Positions 11,255-21,973 of a DNA stretch of 64,000 nucleotides are shown piece after piece; within the stretch, counting starts at the first letter, position 1; every line of letters starts with the position of its first letter. The notes beneath the pieces are model-generated. The model saw only the letters and a list, made by a program, of their open reading frames with translations. It searched no databases and had not been told where the DNA came from. The translations under genes and the position numbers were made by a program. This stretch comes from Dehalococcoidia bacterium (GTDB lineage: Bacteria > Chloroflexota > Dehalococcoidia > UBA2979): positions 13,029 through 77,028 of the forward strand of contig CBDHDI010000018.1 in NCBI GenBank assembly GCA_965261685.1, given 5' to 3'.

Positions 11255-11552
11255 CCAACGAAGGACTCAGCACCAAGAACGTCAGCAGCGATCGTGGCGC
11301 CGGAGTGGATCAACATCCGAGCGCTGACCTGGATCGCTATCCGAGCGCTGTTGACACCTGTCAAGGGGCGGAACGAGCTTCTGCAGGCGCGACTGGCTTA
11401 GCACCACCGCGACTACCGGCTCGTTCGCGATCAGATTCTCCTGTCTGCCATAGTCGAGTACGAACGCCCCGTGGTCGTCCAGGTCATCCTCTCGCGTGAC
11501 GGACACGCGGCCGGTCACCCGCCGGAGGGTCATGTTCCACCTCCTGCACGCC

Positions 11553-13010
11553 GCCGGCTGACTAGACCGTATGGAGTGACCGGCTCCGAGTTCGCAAACT
11601 CGCGGGTTACAGACGCGAGGCATGCAGAGCCGCATGCGAAAGGAGCCGGTCAGGAAGATGACTACCACATATGCAGGGATGGATGCACACGCGCGGGCGA
11701 TCCACGTGGCGGTGCTGGCACCGGGGGCGGAGCGGCCCGAGGAGTGGCAGCTGGCGAACGAGCCGAAGGCGGTGAAGCGGCTCGCGCAGCGCCTGCGGCG
11801 CATGGCGCCGGGGCCGGTCGTGGCCTGCTACGAGGCCGGGCCGGGCGGCTTCGCGCTGCAGCGCCAGCTCGAGGCCGAGGGCATCGAATGCCAGGTGATC
11901 GCGCCGGCGCTGATCCCCAGGCGGCCCGGCGACCGCGTCAAGACGGACCGCCGCGACGCACGGAAGCTGGCGGAGCTGCTGCGCGCGGACCTGCTCACGG
12001 CGGTGCATCCTCCGACCATCGATCAGGAGGCGGTGCGCGACCTCTGCCGGGCGCGCGAGGACGCCGTGACCGACCGCACCCGGGCGCGCCACCGCCTGGC
12101 GAAGCTGCTGCTGCGGCGCGGCATCGCCTACGACGGGCGGAACTGGACGCTGCGGCACCGCCGCTGGCTGCTGACGCTGCGCTTCGAACACCCGGCCGCG
12201 CAGGCCACCTTCGACGACTACCTGCGCGCGCTCGAGGGCGTGGAGGAGCGGCTGCGCACGCTGGAGCAGGAACTGGCCGCGTGTGCCGCCAGCGCCGACT
12301 ACCGCGAGGCGGTGGGGTTGCTGCGTTGCTTCCGCGGGGTCGACACGGTGACGGCGATGACGGTGCTGGCCGAGCTCGGCGACGTCACGCGCTTCGGCAG
12401 CGCCCGGCAGCTGATGTCCTACCTCGGGCTCACGCCGAGCGAGTACAGCAGCGGCGCCCGTCAGCGGCGGGGACCGATCACGAAGACAGGGAACAGCCAC
12501 GTGCGCCGCATCCTGGTGGAGAGCGCGTGGCACTACCGCCACCCGCCGCGGGTGGGGGCAGCGCTGCGCAAGCGCAGGGAGGGCCAGCCGGGCTGGGCCG
12601 TGGTGCTGGCCGACCGGGCGCAGACCCGGCTCTATCGCCGCCACCGGCGGCTGGCCGCTCACGGCAAGCCATCGGTGGTGGCGAACGTGGCCGTCGCCCG
12701 CGAACTGGCGGGCTGCCTGTGGGCGGTGCTGAACATCGGCGCCCGGCAGCAGGCGGCGGCCTGATACAACGCGCCCGGTCCGCGGCGAAGGCGGAGCTGG
12801 CGATACGCCGTTCCGGAGCAGGAGGGGGTGGATGAGCGAGGGCAGGCTCAGGAGGACGCGCGGTACAGCTATGCGGCAGCGGCGCCCGGCGCCGCCAACC
12901 CGCGACTCTAGACGGCGACCCCTCCCGGCGAAGCACGGTCATGCGGCAAGGCCTCGGGCAACCCGCGAATATCAGAGTGACACGTCGTCGAAGCAGCGCC
13001 CTCGTTCGTC
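11553..13010 (+). mobile_element. IS110-family element with long 3' non-coding region; right end apparently deleted
   Basis: Transposase 11658-12764 followed by about 240 nt of non-coding DNA. No inverted counterpart of the left ATGGAGTGACCGGC found; flanks belong to unrelated ORFs. Boundaries approximate. Confidence 0.65.
11658..12764 (+). CDS. IS110-family DEDD recombinase/transposase
   Basis: YAGMDAH, CYEAG, KTDRRDA and LGLTPSEYSSG...ITKTGN motifs. Confidence 0.93.
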   Translation: MTTTYAGMDAHARAIHVAVLAPGAERPEEWQLANEPKAVKRLAQRLRRMAPGPVVACYEAGPGGFALQRQLEAEGIECQVIAPALIPRRPGDRVKTDRRDARKLAELLRADLLTAVHPPTIDQEAVRDLCRAREDAVTDRTRARHRLAKLLLRRGIAYDGRNWTLRHRRWLLTLRFEHPAAQATFDDYLRALEGVEERLRTLEQELAACAASADYREAVGLLRCFRGVDTVTAMTVLAELGDVTRFGSARQLMSYLGLTPSEYSSGARQRRGPITKTGNSHVRRILVESAWHYRHPPRVGAALRKRREGQPGWAVVLADRAQTRLYRRHRRLAAHGKPSVVANVAVARELAGCLWAVLNIGARQQAAA

Positions 13011-13402
13011 GGGTCGGCGCCGGCGTCGAGCAGGTCGTCGTCGCGGAAGGAGCGCAGCGGCACGTACTCGGGGCCGCCCGAGCGCAGCGTCAGCGACCAC
13101 GCCTGCTCGTCCCCGGTAAGCAGCAGCGGGTCCTCGTCGGGCGGTACCTCGTGGATGCGCGCCTGCGGGTAGCGGGTGGCGATCTGCCCGCGCACGACCT
13201 GGTCGCTCTCGCAGCGCGCGAGCAGCGTCACGCCGTCGGCGTCGCCCACCAGTTCGAGCGCGAAGGGCTCGGGCACGGCGATCGAGCCGAGCAGGTTCTC
13301 GACTGCGAGCAGCGTGCGCTCACCCGTGCGCGGCGGCGTCAGCGCCAGCAGCGTCGGCGGGTCGTTTCGGCGCCTGAACAGGCGCAGGGGGTTGAATCGC
13401 AC
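13011..13402 (-). pseudogene. N-terminal fragment of a putative T4SS coupling/ATPase-type protein
   Basis: VENLLGSIAVPEPFALEL...QIATRYPQARI...EYVPLRSFRDDDLLDAGADP, truncated at the IS110. Family assigned from recollection of ICE genes; no ATPase motif remains. Confidence 0.45.
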
Positions 13403-13512
13403 GTTGTCTCTCCATTCCCTACCGGTCCGTTCCGGGTGTCTGCGCCGCGCGCCCGTAGCTCGCGGCGTCAACGATCGAGTGTGGCCGCCGGGCGTCCGCC
13501 TTTGAATGGCCT

Positions 13513-13542
13513 GCAAGGGGGCCTGTCGGGAGGCCCCCTTGC
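13513..13542. promoter_or_regulatory. Perfect 12-bp hairpin in a divergent intergenic region
   Basis: GCAAGGGGGCCT-gtcggg-AGGCCCCCTTGC, with no U-tract. Confidence 0.5.
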
Positions 13543-13882
13543 GGGGCCTCTACGTCGCGGCGCCGATCGTGCTGAGATCGGTGGTGTGGCGCTGTGCGGA
13601 CGTTCGGGGCCTGTACAGGGAAAGGCGTGGATTCCCGCAAAGGGAAGCGCCGTCGCGAGTGTTGCGTCGCAAGGTGAAAACGGGTGTCGGGGGCGGCCGG
13701 CTGCATCACAGCAAGCACTTCGGTGTTCGGCCGTGTTCCGGGCCACGCGGACAGAAGTGCCCACGGAGGGAACCCCGATTCGGGGCGGTTGCGCAGGGTT
13801 GGCCTGCTCCTTCGCAGCACCTGATGGGCGCAGAACCGGGCCGTGGCCGGGGGTGGGCGCGGGCAGCCCGGGAGGCAGGGGC

Positions 13883-14734
13883 ATGGAAGAGCAGCACCTG
13901 GACGACAACAACGGACTGGACGCCGCCATGCGGCGCGAGCTGCGGCTGAGCGCGCTGCTGCGCGACCTCGTGGACGAGCGCGGCCGGCTGGAGGCAGCAG
14001 CCGTGCTGGGGGTCAACTACAAGACCCTGGCGCGGGCCGTGAAGCCGGGCCGGTTGACGTCCCACATGAGCGACGCACTGGCGCGGCTGGAGCTGTCACG
14101 AGAGGAGCGCACCGAGGCGGCGGAGCCGGAGCGCGCCACGGAGCTGGAGCAGCGCGTGGCGCAACTGGAGGCCGGCATCGAGTCGCTGACCGGGGAGCTG
14201 CGCGACGGGCTCGCTGAACTCCGTGTCGGCCTCAATGAACTGCGCGAGGCCGTGCGGGACGGGGCGCGGAGCGCGGGCGCGGCCCGGCCACTGGTGGCCG
14301 CTCCGGCCGGGGAGCGAACCGTCGCGGATGGGAGGCCGGCGCTGCCGGGGCTACCGCCCCGGAGGCCGCCGGCGCTGCGGCGTGCGTTCCCGGACGTGGT
14401 CACGGTGGCGCCCGCCGACGATGATGCTGCGGTCTACGGCGATGCGTGGCCGCTCGTGGAGGAGTGGCGCAGGCTGCGGGCCGGTCATCCCACCGAGGGC
14501 CGAGGCGTGCGCTGGCTGGAGACCGAGGAGCGCATCCTCGTCCTGGCGCTGGCCATGCTTGAGGAGCACGGGCTCACGCTGCCGCCCGAGACGCAGCCGC
14601 TGCGCGGCTTCGCGCGCAAGGGGCCGACGACCTGGCGCAGGACGGCGCTCTACGACACGCAGCGGGCGCTCGTGTGGGCGAAGCTGCGGCGCTGGGTGCG
14701 GCGGGTGCTCACGCTGGGGCTGTGGTGGAACTAA
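13883..14734 (+). CDS. Hypothetical HTH/coiled-coil protein, 'RRVLTLGLWW' family
   Basis: GRLEAAAVLGVNYKTLARA HTH-like segment, coiled coil, then LTLPPETQPL...RRVLTLGLWWN. Paralogue at 29107-29976. Confidence 0.75.
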   Translation: MEEQHLDDNNGLDAAMRRELRLSALLRDLVDERGRLEAAAVLGVNYKTLARAVKPGRLTSHMSDALARLELSREERTEAAEPERATELEQRVAQLEAGIESLTGELRDGLAELRVGLNELREAVRDGARSAGAARPLVAAPAGERTVADGRPALPGLPPRRPPALRRAFPDVVTVAPADDDAAVYGDAWPLVEEWRRLRAGHPTEGRGVRWLETEERILVLALAMLEEHGLTLPPETQPLRGFARKGPTTWRRTALYDTQRALVWAKLRRWVRRVLTLGLWWN

Positions 14735-14735
14735 G

Positions 14736-16384
14736 CCGGGATCCACCGAAGAAGAGCGCATGAGCGGTTGCGGTTGGGTGCTCCGCTGTAGCTGGGACAA
14801 TGGTTTTGTACGAATCACGTACCAGCGACAGGGAGCACCCATTCGATGCTACCAACGAGCGACCCCGACCGGATAGACATCGCCTTCGACGACGACCGCC
14901 TGGTGGCCGATGCGGGGCTGCTCCTCCCGGCCACGCTCGCCCAGCATCTCGGTTTGCAAGAGCTCGCCGACAGCTACCTCGACCTCGGTGACGCGCCGGG
15001 CCGGGCGAACGCCGGCGACAAGCTGCTGACCCTGGTCGCCTCGGCGCTCGCGGGCGGCGAGTGCATCGACGACGCCGCTGCGTTGCGCGCCGGCGGGACG
15101 GCGAGCGTGCTCGGTTGCACCGTCAAGGCGCCGTCCACCCTCGGGACCTTCCTGCGCAGCTTCAGCTGGGGCCACGTCCGCCAGCTCGACCGCCTCAGCC
15201 GCGAGTTGCTCGCCCGCAGCTGGGCGGCCGGAGCGGGCCCGGGCGCGGCGCCGTTCACGATCGACCTCGATTCGACGATCTGCGAGACCTACGGCCTGGC
15301 GAAGGAGGGCGCCCGGCAGCACGGCTACACGGGCGTGCGCGGCTATCACCCGCTGCTCGCCGTTGCGGCCGGGACGGGTGAGGTGCTGATGGCGCGGCTG
15401 CGCGAGGGCCGCGCCAATACCGCCCGCGGCGCCGCCCACTTCCTGCGTGAGACGGTGGCGCGGGTGCGCGACGCCGGGGCGAGCGGGCAGCTCACGGTGC
15501 GCGCCGACAGCGGCTTCTACAACCACGCCGTCGTCGCCGTCTGCCGCAAGCAGGATGTCCGCTTCTCCATCACCATTCGCCAGCAGCCGAACGTACGCAC
15601 GCTGATCGAGGCGATCCCGGAAGAGGACTGGACGCCGATCCCGTACTGGCTGCCGGGCGGCGCGGATGTCGCCGAGACGACCTACACGCCGTTCCAGCAC
15701 AAGGAGGACGCCGCCCCGGTGCGGCTTATCGTGCGGCGCGTCAAGCCGACGCCCGGCTCACAGCTCGCGCTCTTTGCGAACTATAGTTACCACGCCTTCA
15801 TCACCGATCGCGCCGGGGAGCTGCTGGAGCTGGAGGCCGACCATCGCCGTCACGCCGAGATCGAGAACGCGATCCGTGACCTCAAATACGGCGTCGGGCT
15901 GAACCATCTCCCCTCGGGCCGCTTCGGCGCGAACGGGGCGTGGCTCGCGGTGCAGGTGATCGCGCACAACCTCGCCCGCTGGACGGCGCGGCTCGGGCTC
16001 GGCGAGGGGATCGTGACGACCAGGACGCTCAGGCGGCGCTACTTCGCTCTCGCCGGACGGCTCACCCATTCTGCCCGGCGCTGGACCCTGCACCTCGCGA
16101 AGCGCTGGCCCTGGGCTGGCCAGTGGGCAGCCGCCCTGGCGCGGTTACGGGCGTTACCGCTCCCGGCCTGACGCTCGCTCACAGCGCCAACACGGGTCCG
16201 AGGCTCGCGCCAGCATGCCCGCGCACGCCTCGCGCACCCTCGCGCCGGCGCCCTCAGCGCCCCCGAGCCGCGCTGAGCGACGCTGAGCGACGGCTCCTCG
16301 CTCCGGCACCGCCCGGCGAACGCCGGCACGCCCGCCGAACGCTCCGGCAGCCCGCCCCTTCAAGCTTCGATCGGTGGATTCGAG
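14736..16384 (+). mobile_element. IS1380-family element, copy 2
   Basis: IRs CCGGGATCCACCGA and TCGGTGGATTCGAG; 5-bp TSD CTAAG at 14731-14735 and 16385-16389. Confidence 0.95.
14846..16171 (+). CDS. IS1380-family transposase
   Basis: IDLDST, GYHPL, LREG, VRADSGF and EIEN motifs. Confidence 0.95.
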   Translation: MLPTSDPDRIDIAFDDDRLVADAGLLLPATLAQHLGLQELADSYLDLGDAPGRANAGDKLLTLVASALAGGECIDDAAALRAGGTASVLGCTVKAPSTLGTFLRSFSWGHVRQLDRLSRELLARSWAAGAGPGAAPFTIDLDSTICETYGLAKEGARQHGYTGVRGYHPLLAVAAGTGEVLMARLREGRANTARGAAHFLRETVARVRDAGASGQLTVRADSGFYNHAVVAVCRKQDVRFSITIRQQPNVRTLIEAIPEEDWTPIPYWLPGGADVAETTYTPFQHKEDAAPVRLIVRRVKPTPGSQLALFANYSYHAFITDRAGELLELEADHRRHAEIENAIRDLKYGVGLNHLPSGRFGANGAWLAVQVIAHNLARWTARLGLGEGIVTTRTLRRRYFALAGRLTHSARRWTLHLAKRWPWAGQWAAALARLRALPLPA

Positions 16385-17135
16385 CTAAGGCCGCCTCTCC
16401 GCCTTGCGGACACGCGCCGGGGGAACCGCATCCACGCGACAGAGGGGGAGCGCGCACGCCCGTTCAATCGTCGTAGCCGGGCGAGCAACCGTTCGATCTC
16501 CCGAGTCTGGACATCAAGAACGGCACGATCCTTGAGAACGTCTACATCGGGAACCATGACCACGCCGGCGAACCTCGACCGGCGGTTGCCCCCCAGGCGA
16601 ACCACTCGCGCCCTCACCAGTTCGGTGACCCCGGCCGCTGCGGCTGAGCGCGACCTCGTAGTGAGGTGGGCAAGGTCCTGCTGCCTGACCGCCGGTGCTG
16701 CGATCCTTGGCGTGATCGGCACCCAGGAGTGCCGGCCGGGAAACAAGGCCGCCGCCACAACGTGAGTGAGGGCTGCCGCTGATCGCCAGCGATCTCCGAT
16801 AGAAGCGTGATAGGCACCGCATCACTCGCGCCCGGTCACCGGGGCAACAGCGTCACCATCGTTATGTAGCGCCTCGCCCCGACTAGAGGTTAGGGACCAT
16901 CGTTTGTGTTTGCAGAGCGCACATCATATCTGTCGCAGTAGCAGATTCACTCTCCAAGAGAGCAAACAAATTGCCATTCCAATTGTGGCGTTTGGCACTT
17001 GGCAGAATGCTGGGACTCTGTAGCATTCTTGCGGGTACTGACGAATCAATGAATAAGCGGAATCACTGGGAGCGGCGATAGAAAGCGCGTTGCACCCACC
17101 GAGAGCAGGGGACGGATGTTGGCGGCAGGCCGATC

Positions 17136-20100
17136 ATGATGCTCAGCCGGGCGGCGATCGCACTGGTGTTCGCCGTAGGCGCCCTCTGGTTCGCCACTGC
17201 CGCGTCCGCGGCTGACAGTACTGGAAGGACTGGGGTTGGCTTCGCTCCCGAAGGCGTGAGCTACCACAGCGTGGGGAGGGCCGGGCCGCCGGACCAACGA
17301 CGGCCCGGCCAAACGACGACTCAGCCGTCCGCGCCCAGCGACCTGACCGTCGATCCTCTCCCCAAGCGTCGCGCGAAGCTCAGTTGGGCATACCCGGCGC
17401 CACCAACCGACCGCGCCGACTCTTACACGGTCCAGCTCCGAAATGCGTCCGGGAGCTGGGACCCCAAGCAGACCGCCACTGCGTTGCTGACCTCCTACGA
17501 AGTCAACCTGGACAGGATCGTCGGCGACGCGGGCCTGGTCCAGAACACGCAGTACCAGTTCCGCGTGAGGGCGACCGTGGGAGGCCGCGATAGCGGCTGG
17601 AGCGAGACGATCTCGATCATCGACAGTCCGTTGCTGCAGAGCAACGCCTACGCCTACGTCGGTGAGCGCGATTCAAGCGTTTCCCCAGCGACGGTGACGG
17701 CATTCCTGCGCTGGACCCCCGTTGCGGGGGCCAGCTACGAGGTCCGGTACCGGGAGGTCCGCGGCGATCACTGGGACACCGACTGGACGCCGGCGAACAG
17801 CGGCCCCTGGCTGACCGCCGGGGTCCGCGTCGGCGAGCAGAAGTCGTCGGGTCAGAAGCTGGCAACGATCAGCGGACTAGCCGACAACGGCGACCTCTAC
17901 GCGGTGCAGATCAACTACGAGACGGCTTCCGGAGAGAAGGTGTTCTCGGGGAGGGACGCCTACATCTGGGCGTCCTCGCAGAAGCCCGACCGTGGAGGCA
18001 GTTCGAAGCAGCGCGTGGCCACCTTCCCGTACCACGGCCACTTTGCGAGCAAGACCTACCTCTACAGAGTTTGTGCCAACGAATTCCCGCCAATGACGAA
18101 CCCGGACGCCTGGATCAGCATGATCGACGGGGCCATCGAGACATGGCAGACCGCCACAGCCGGCCAGGTGAGCACCACCCGCCTCGGCAACCGCTGCGAC
18201 CGCCCTGTTTGGGCTGATGTCGACATTCCCAGTTCGGGATTCGAGTGCGATGTGAGAACGGGTGTCATCCTGGGGCTGATCGAACGTATTCCCATTATCG
18301 GCCCGATTGTCGACGCTGCGTTGGGGGTTGCAGAGGATGTCTGCGAGGCAGTGAACGCCATTGGGGACTTCAACCAGAAGGTGCTGACGATCTTCGCGAT
18401 CTCCGAACAGAGCGATGATGTTGTCGAGAACATCTACCGCTTGCTCCAGGGGAACGAGGGTGATGCGGAGATGAGCGAGGTCCGCATCATCGACGATCCA
18501 ACCGGCAATGACCGCGAGTTCATCACGAGCATCTACAAGCTCTGCATTGTGAGCGATGCCGGCGGGTGCACGGTCTCGCCCGCGTACGCCAGCGACCAGA
18601 GGGGCGGAGTTCCGGCAACGTCTGCTGACATCTACCTGAACTGGGAGAAGATCAAGGACAGGACCGGAGCTGCGACAACCATCGCCCCGGCCTCCGCGCA
18701 GTTCAACGCCTGCATATGGCCGCACGGCACCACCAGTTTGAGTTCGTACGCGTGGAGATTGGTGGTCCACGAGGCGGGGCATGCGCTGGGTATGTCCGGG
18801 GCGTCCGTTGAACGAAGCGCGCTCGATGCCGTTCTGGGCGCGCTCGAGGAGAGCGATGTCGCGGGCATCAGCGCGATTCCCGACATCGTTGCGGCAATCG
18901 CTGGGCCTGATCTGGACTACGCCACATCGCATCCCACAATCGCCTCGTCGGCATTGAACTACGATAGCCGGGTCGCGGGGGCAGCGGATGAGCCGGACTG
19001 CTTCCCCCATCCTCTGGACGTGCTGGCTGTCAACGCTCTCTATCAGGATCAGTACACCGATCCGTTCTTTGGCCCATTCGAGATAGAGACCACGATCTCC
19101 GGAACCGGTCAGATTACGAGGTCACCCAGCCGCACGACGTACCCCGACGGCACGGAGGTGACCCTGACGGCGAGCTGGAACAACGCCACGCATACCTTCG
19201 ACGGCTGGGGCGGAGACTGCGAGCACCGCGCGACACTCACGACCTGCCAGTTGACAATGGACGCGGGCAAGTACGTTTCTGCCGTCTTTGGCGGGAGGGA
19301 ACCGGACACCTCGCCGTCGTTCGGCGCGACTCGCACGTTCACTCTGAAACGCGCGCCCGGGGCGAGCTTCAGCCATATGGGCCTTCCGACCGCGAGCGGC
19401 GGCAACGCTCCGCTCTCCTACGCCCTTCCCAACAGGCCAGATTGGCTTGCTTTCGACCCCGACCCACCGCGGATCTCGACTACCGAACGGATCCCCGCGA
19501 GCGCCGCCGGGAACACATACGAGATGACGCTTACGGTCAGCGACTCCGACGGCGACACAGACACGCTGGCCGTCGCTGTCGAGGTCGAGGCGATCAGCGG
19601 GAGGTTCGATGTCACCGGTACCGGTTCATCGGAGTCCGCAGCTCGGACTGCGGCAGGCAACGCGGCCGGGGTCCGGGCCGAGCAGTTGGACGCCGTCGCG
19701 TACTGGCGCACCGCAGACTCAGTCGAGTCTGAGACAACCACGATGGGCTTCAGTACCGCTTCCGGCTCGTACACATGGTCGCTTGAGCAGACACTGCGGC
19801 ACGACGGCGTCGGGCCGTACGACAACGCAGCGGACGCGGAGACTGCCGCTAAGGCCGCCGCCCGCGCGGCGATTCCGCAGGGCGCGACCGTCGTGAGCGT
19901 CACCATCTACGCCACGGAGAACTATCCGTTCCTCGGCGGTTATTTCTCGGGCGCCGACGTCACCTATAGCCAATCGGGTTCACTGACGGCAAGCGGCACG
20001 GGCAGCACTAGCGCAGCGGCGGAATCCGCTGCCTTGGCTGACGCCCAGTCCCAGGCACCGGCCGGCGCGGTCGTGAGCGTCGTCTCAGTCACCACCGCTG

Positions 20101-20642
20101 AGAACACTTCGACGACCTACACCGCGACGCAGACCTGGACCTGGAATGCCGACCAAGACATTCGGCCGAACCAGGTGACGATCAGATTAGCGGTCCGCGA
20201 CTGGAACTACACCGTGGTGATCTGGCCGGTCGCGACGGCGGCCGTCGAGACGGTCACGCAGGGTGTTCCGCTTCACGCCATCTGGTACTACCGCGCCGCG
20301 GACGACGAGTGGGATGTCTACATACAGGGCGCGCCGGACTTCGTGAACTCGCTGGACGAACTCGTGCGCGGTCGGCACTACTACACGAGGGTTACCGCTG
20401 CGCACGCCTGGGTGATCAGCACTGCGGCGGCGGCGAGCAGCCGTACGGCGGACGACACTGACGGCACAGCCACGTCTGCCTCGGGGTGGTCAGCGCTCGT
20501 CACCTGCGACGCCGGTCCAGGTTCTGTCCGCCTCGCGACGGCACCCACCGAAGCGAAGGCCATCAGCGCCGCCCAGTGGTTCATCAGTTCTGCGCAGGGT
20601 TGCGGTGGCGCGGGCACCTACACGGTCTCGTCGAGGCCCTGA
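17136..20642 (+). CDS. Secreted FN3 / zinc-metalloprotease-motif / InlB-B-repeat / Ig-like protein
   Basis: Signal peptide, FN3-like domain (YQFRVRA), HEAGHALG zinc-binding motif, EVTLTASWN...GWGGDC repeat and an Ig-like domain. Confidence 0.8.
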   Translation: MMLSRAAIALVFAVGALWFATAASAADSTGRTGVGFAPEGVSYHSVGRAGPPDQRRPGQTTTQPSAPSDLTVDPLPKRRAKLSWAYPAPPTDRADSYTVQLRNASGSWDPKQTATALLTSYEVNLDRIVGDAGLVQNTQYQFRVRATVGGRDSGWSETISIIDSPLLQSNAYAYVGERDSSVSPATVTAFLRWTPVAGASYEVRYREVRGDHWDTDWTPANSGPWLTAGVRVGEQKSSGQKLATISGLADNGDLYAVQINYETASGEKVFSGRDAYIWASSQKPDRGGSSKQRVATFPYHGHFASKTYLYRVCANEFPPMTNPDAWISMIDGAIETWQTATAGQVSTTRLGNRCDRPVWADVDIPSSGFECDVRTGVILGLIERIPIIGPIVDAALGVAEDVCEAVNAIGDFNQKVLTIFAISEQSDDVVENIYRLLQGNEGDAEMSEVRIIDDPTGNDREFITSIYKLCIVSDAGGCTVSPAYASDQRGGVPATSADIYLNWEKIKDRTGAATTIAPASAQFNACIWPHGTTSLSSYAWRLVVHEAGHALGMSGASVERSALDAVLGALEESDVAGISAIPDIVAAIAGPDLDYATSHPTIASSALNYDSRVAGAADEPDCFPHPLDVLAVNALYQDQYTDPFFGPFEIETTISGTGQITRSPSRTTYPDGTEVTLTASWNNATHTFDGWGGDCEHRATLTTCQLTMDAGKYVSAVFGGREPDTSPSFGATRTFTLKRAPGASFSHMGLPTASGGNAPLSYALPNRPDWLAFDPDPPRISTTERIPASAAGNTYEMTLTVSDSDGDTDTLAVAVEVEAISGRFDVTGTGSSESAARTAAGNAAGVRAEQLDAVAYWRTADSVESETTTMGFSTASGSYTWSLEQTLRHDGVGPYDNAADAETAAKAAARAAIPQGATVVSVTIYATENYPFLGGYFSGADVTYSQSGSLTASGTGSTSAAAESAALADAQSQAPAGAVVSVVSVTTAENTSTTYTATQTWTWNADQDIRPNQVTIRLAVRDWNYTVVIWPVATAAVETVTQGVPLHAIWYYRAADDEWDVYIQGAPDFVNSLDELVRGRHYYTRVTAAHAWVISTAAAASSRTADDTDGTATSASGWSALVTCDAGPGSVRLATAPTEAKAISAAQWFISSAQGCGGAGTYTVSSRP

Positions 20643-20698
20643 CCGGGGATGCGGAGTGTGCTGATGGACCAGGGATCAGTTCGCAGCGGTGGCTGCTG

Positions 20699-21973
20699 AT
20701 GTTCGCAAGTGCGTCCGCGCTGGCGGTGGCGGCCGCCGTGGCGGCCATGATCGCACTGCCGGTCCTGTCCCCGGACTGCGGCGGCGAGAGGACCCGCAGC
20801 CAGAACTTCGCCGCCGAGCCCGTGAGCCTGGCCAACTGGGGCTCGGAGTGGAACGCGCAGCACGGTCACTACGGTCCGGCCTGGGGATACGACGGCGACG
20901 ATCTCGTGATCGTCTTCCGCTGGTCCGAAGGGCGCCGCACCCGCGGGGGAAGCCTCTACACGGTTCGTGAGGACGGGACGAACCTGACCCTGCTGAGCCC
21001 GTCTGTCGGCGACGGCAACGGCATTGGGGGCTCACGGATCGCGTACGACACGTCGCCCGCGGTCTCCCCGGACGGGACGCGTGTCGCTTACGCCACGCTG
21101 CGCCACAGCGTGTCGGAGGGACGACTCGACATCGTGACCGCGGCACTCGACGGTACGGAGCGCGAGCAGCTTACGCGGGATCGCGAGTCACAGCACGAGC
21201 CGTCCTGGTCCCCGGACGGGGCGCGCATCGCGTTCCTGTGGCGTGGCGCCCTGCACACGATGGCGGCAGACGGCTCGGATGTCCGCAACCTCGCGGGGGA
21301 GTTGTGGGCCGTCCCGGAGCCGCCACCGTGGTCGCCGGACGGAACGCGGCTGGCCTTCCGGGAGTCGGTGACCGAAGACCTGTACGTCGTGGGGGCAGAT
21401 GGCTCGAACCTGACACGGGTCGCGGAGGGCCCGCTTGGGCGGCCGGCCTGGTCCCCGGACGGACGGCTCGCATTCGTCACCGGGGTGGAGGTTGGCGAGG
21501 GGCGGTTCGTGGTCCCGACGGTCCCGCCCGCGAACCCGGTCCCCCGCGGCGAGAGGTCCATTGTTGTGATGGATGCTGATGGCAGCAACAGGGAGGTCCT
21601 GCTCGAGGGCGGCTACCCGCCGTTGCTGTGGTCTCCCGATGGGACCGAGGTTCTTGCCAAGTACATCGTCCAACGTGAGGGGCCAGACGCGATCGGCGTG
21701 TATGCGATCTCCGTCGACGGGGAGCACGCGATGCGTCTCGTCGCAGAGACGGGTATGAACGAAATCCTGCGTATGGCCTGGTCTCCGGACGGCACGCGAC
21801 TCGCCCTGTTGATGAGCCCGTCCCTGTACGCCAGCGGGGGTCGCCGCACAATCAACAACCTCGATGCCGACGTTGTGCTCTACACGATCAAGCCTGATGG
21901 CTCGGACCGGCAGGTGCTGGTGCGTGAGGATCGGGAGGGCAAGCTGGAGGCAGCAGACGGGAAACGGCCATGA
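20699..21973 (+). CDS. TolB-like (PD40) beta-propeller protein
   Basis: Repeated P(A/S)WSPDG.R(I/L)AF motifs; hydrophobic N-terminus. Start uncertain. Confidence 0.85.
   Translation: MFASASALAVAAAVAAMIALPVLSPDCGGERTRSQNFAAEPVSLANWGSEWNAQHGHYGPAWGYDGDDLVIVFRWSEGRRTRGGSLYTVREDGTNLTLLSPSVGDGNGIGGSRIAYDTSPAVSPDGTRVAYATLRHSVSEGRLDIVTAALDGTEREQLTRDRESQHEPSWSPDGARIAFLWRGALHTMAADGSDVRNLAGELWAVPEPPPWSPDGTRLAFRESVTEDLYVVGADGSNLTRVAEGPLGRPAWSPDGRLAFVTGVEVGEGRFVVPTVPPANPVPRGERSIVVMDADGSNREVLLEGGYPPLLWSPDGTEVLAKYIVQREGPDAIGVYAISVDGEHAMRLVAETGMNEILRMAWSPDGTRLALLMSPSLYASGGRRTINNLDADVVLYTIKPDGSDRQVLVREDREGKLEAADGKRP

Larger units (their letters stand above)
8955..11356 (+). mobile_element. IS21-family element
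   Basis: istA-istB pair. Ends (TG)ATTGAAGAGCGCTCGGATAGTGATCC and GGATCGCTATCCGAGCGCTGTTGACA with internal repeats. No matching TSD seen. Confidence 0.88.

Noticed and set aside
12941-13882. 597-aa ORF starting at 12941
   Set aside because: Only the part from ATG 13883 aligns with the paralogue; the upstream part is antisense to another gene and intergenic DNA.
16960-17040. Sigma-54 promoter suggested by repeated TGGCA
   Set aside because: No TTGC at the required -12 spacing after any TGGCA.
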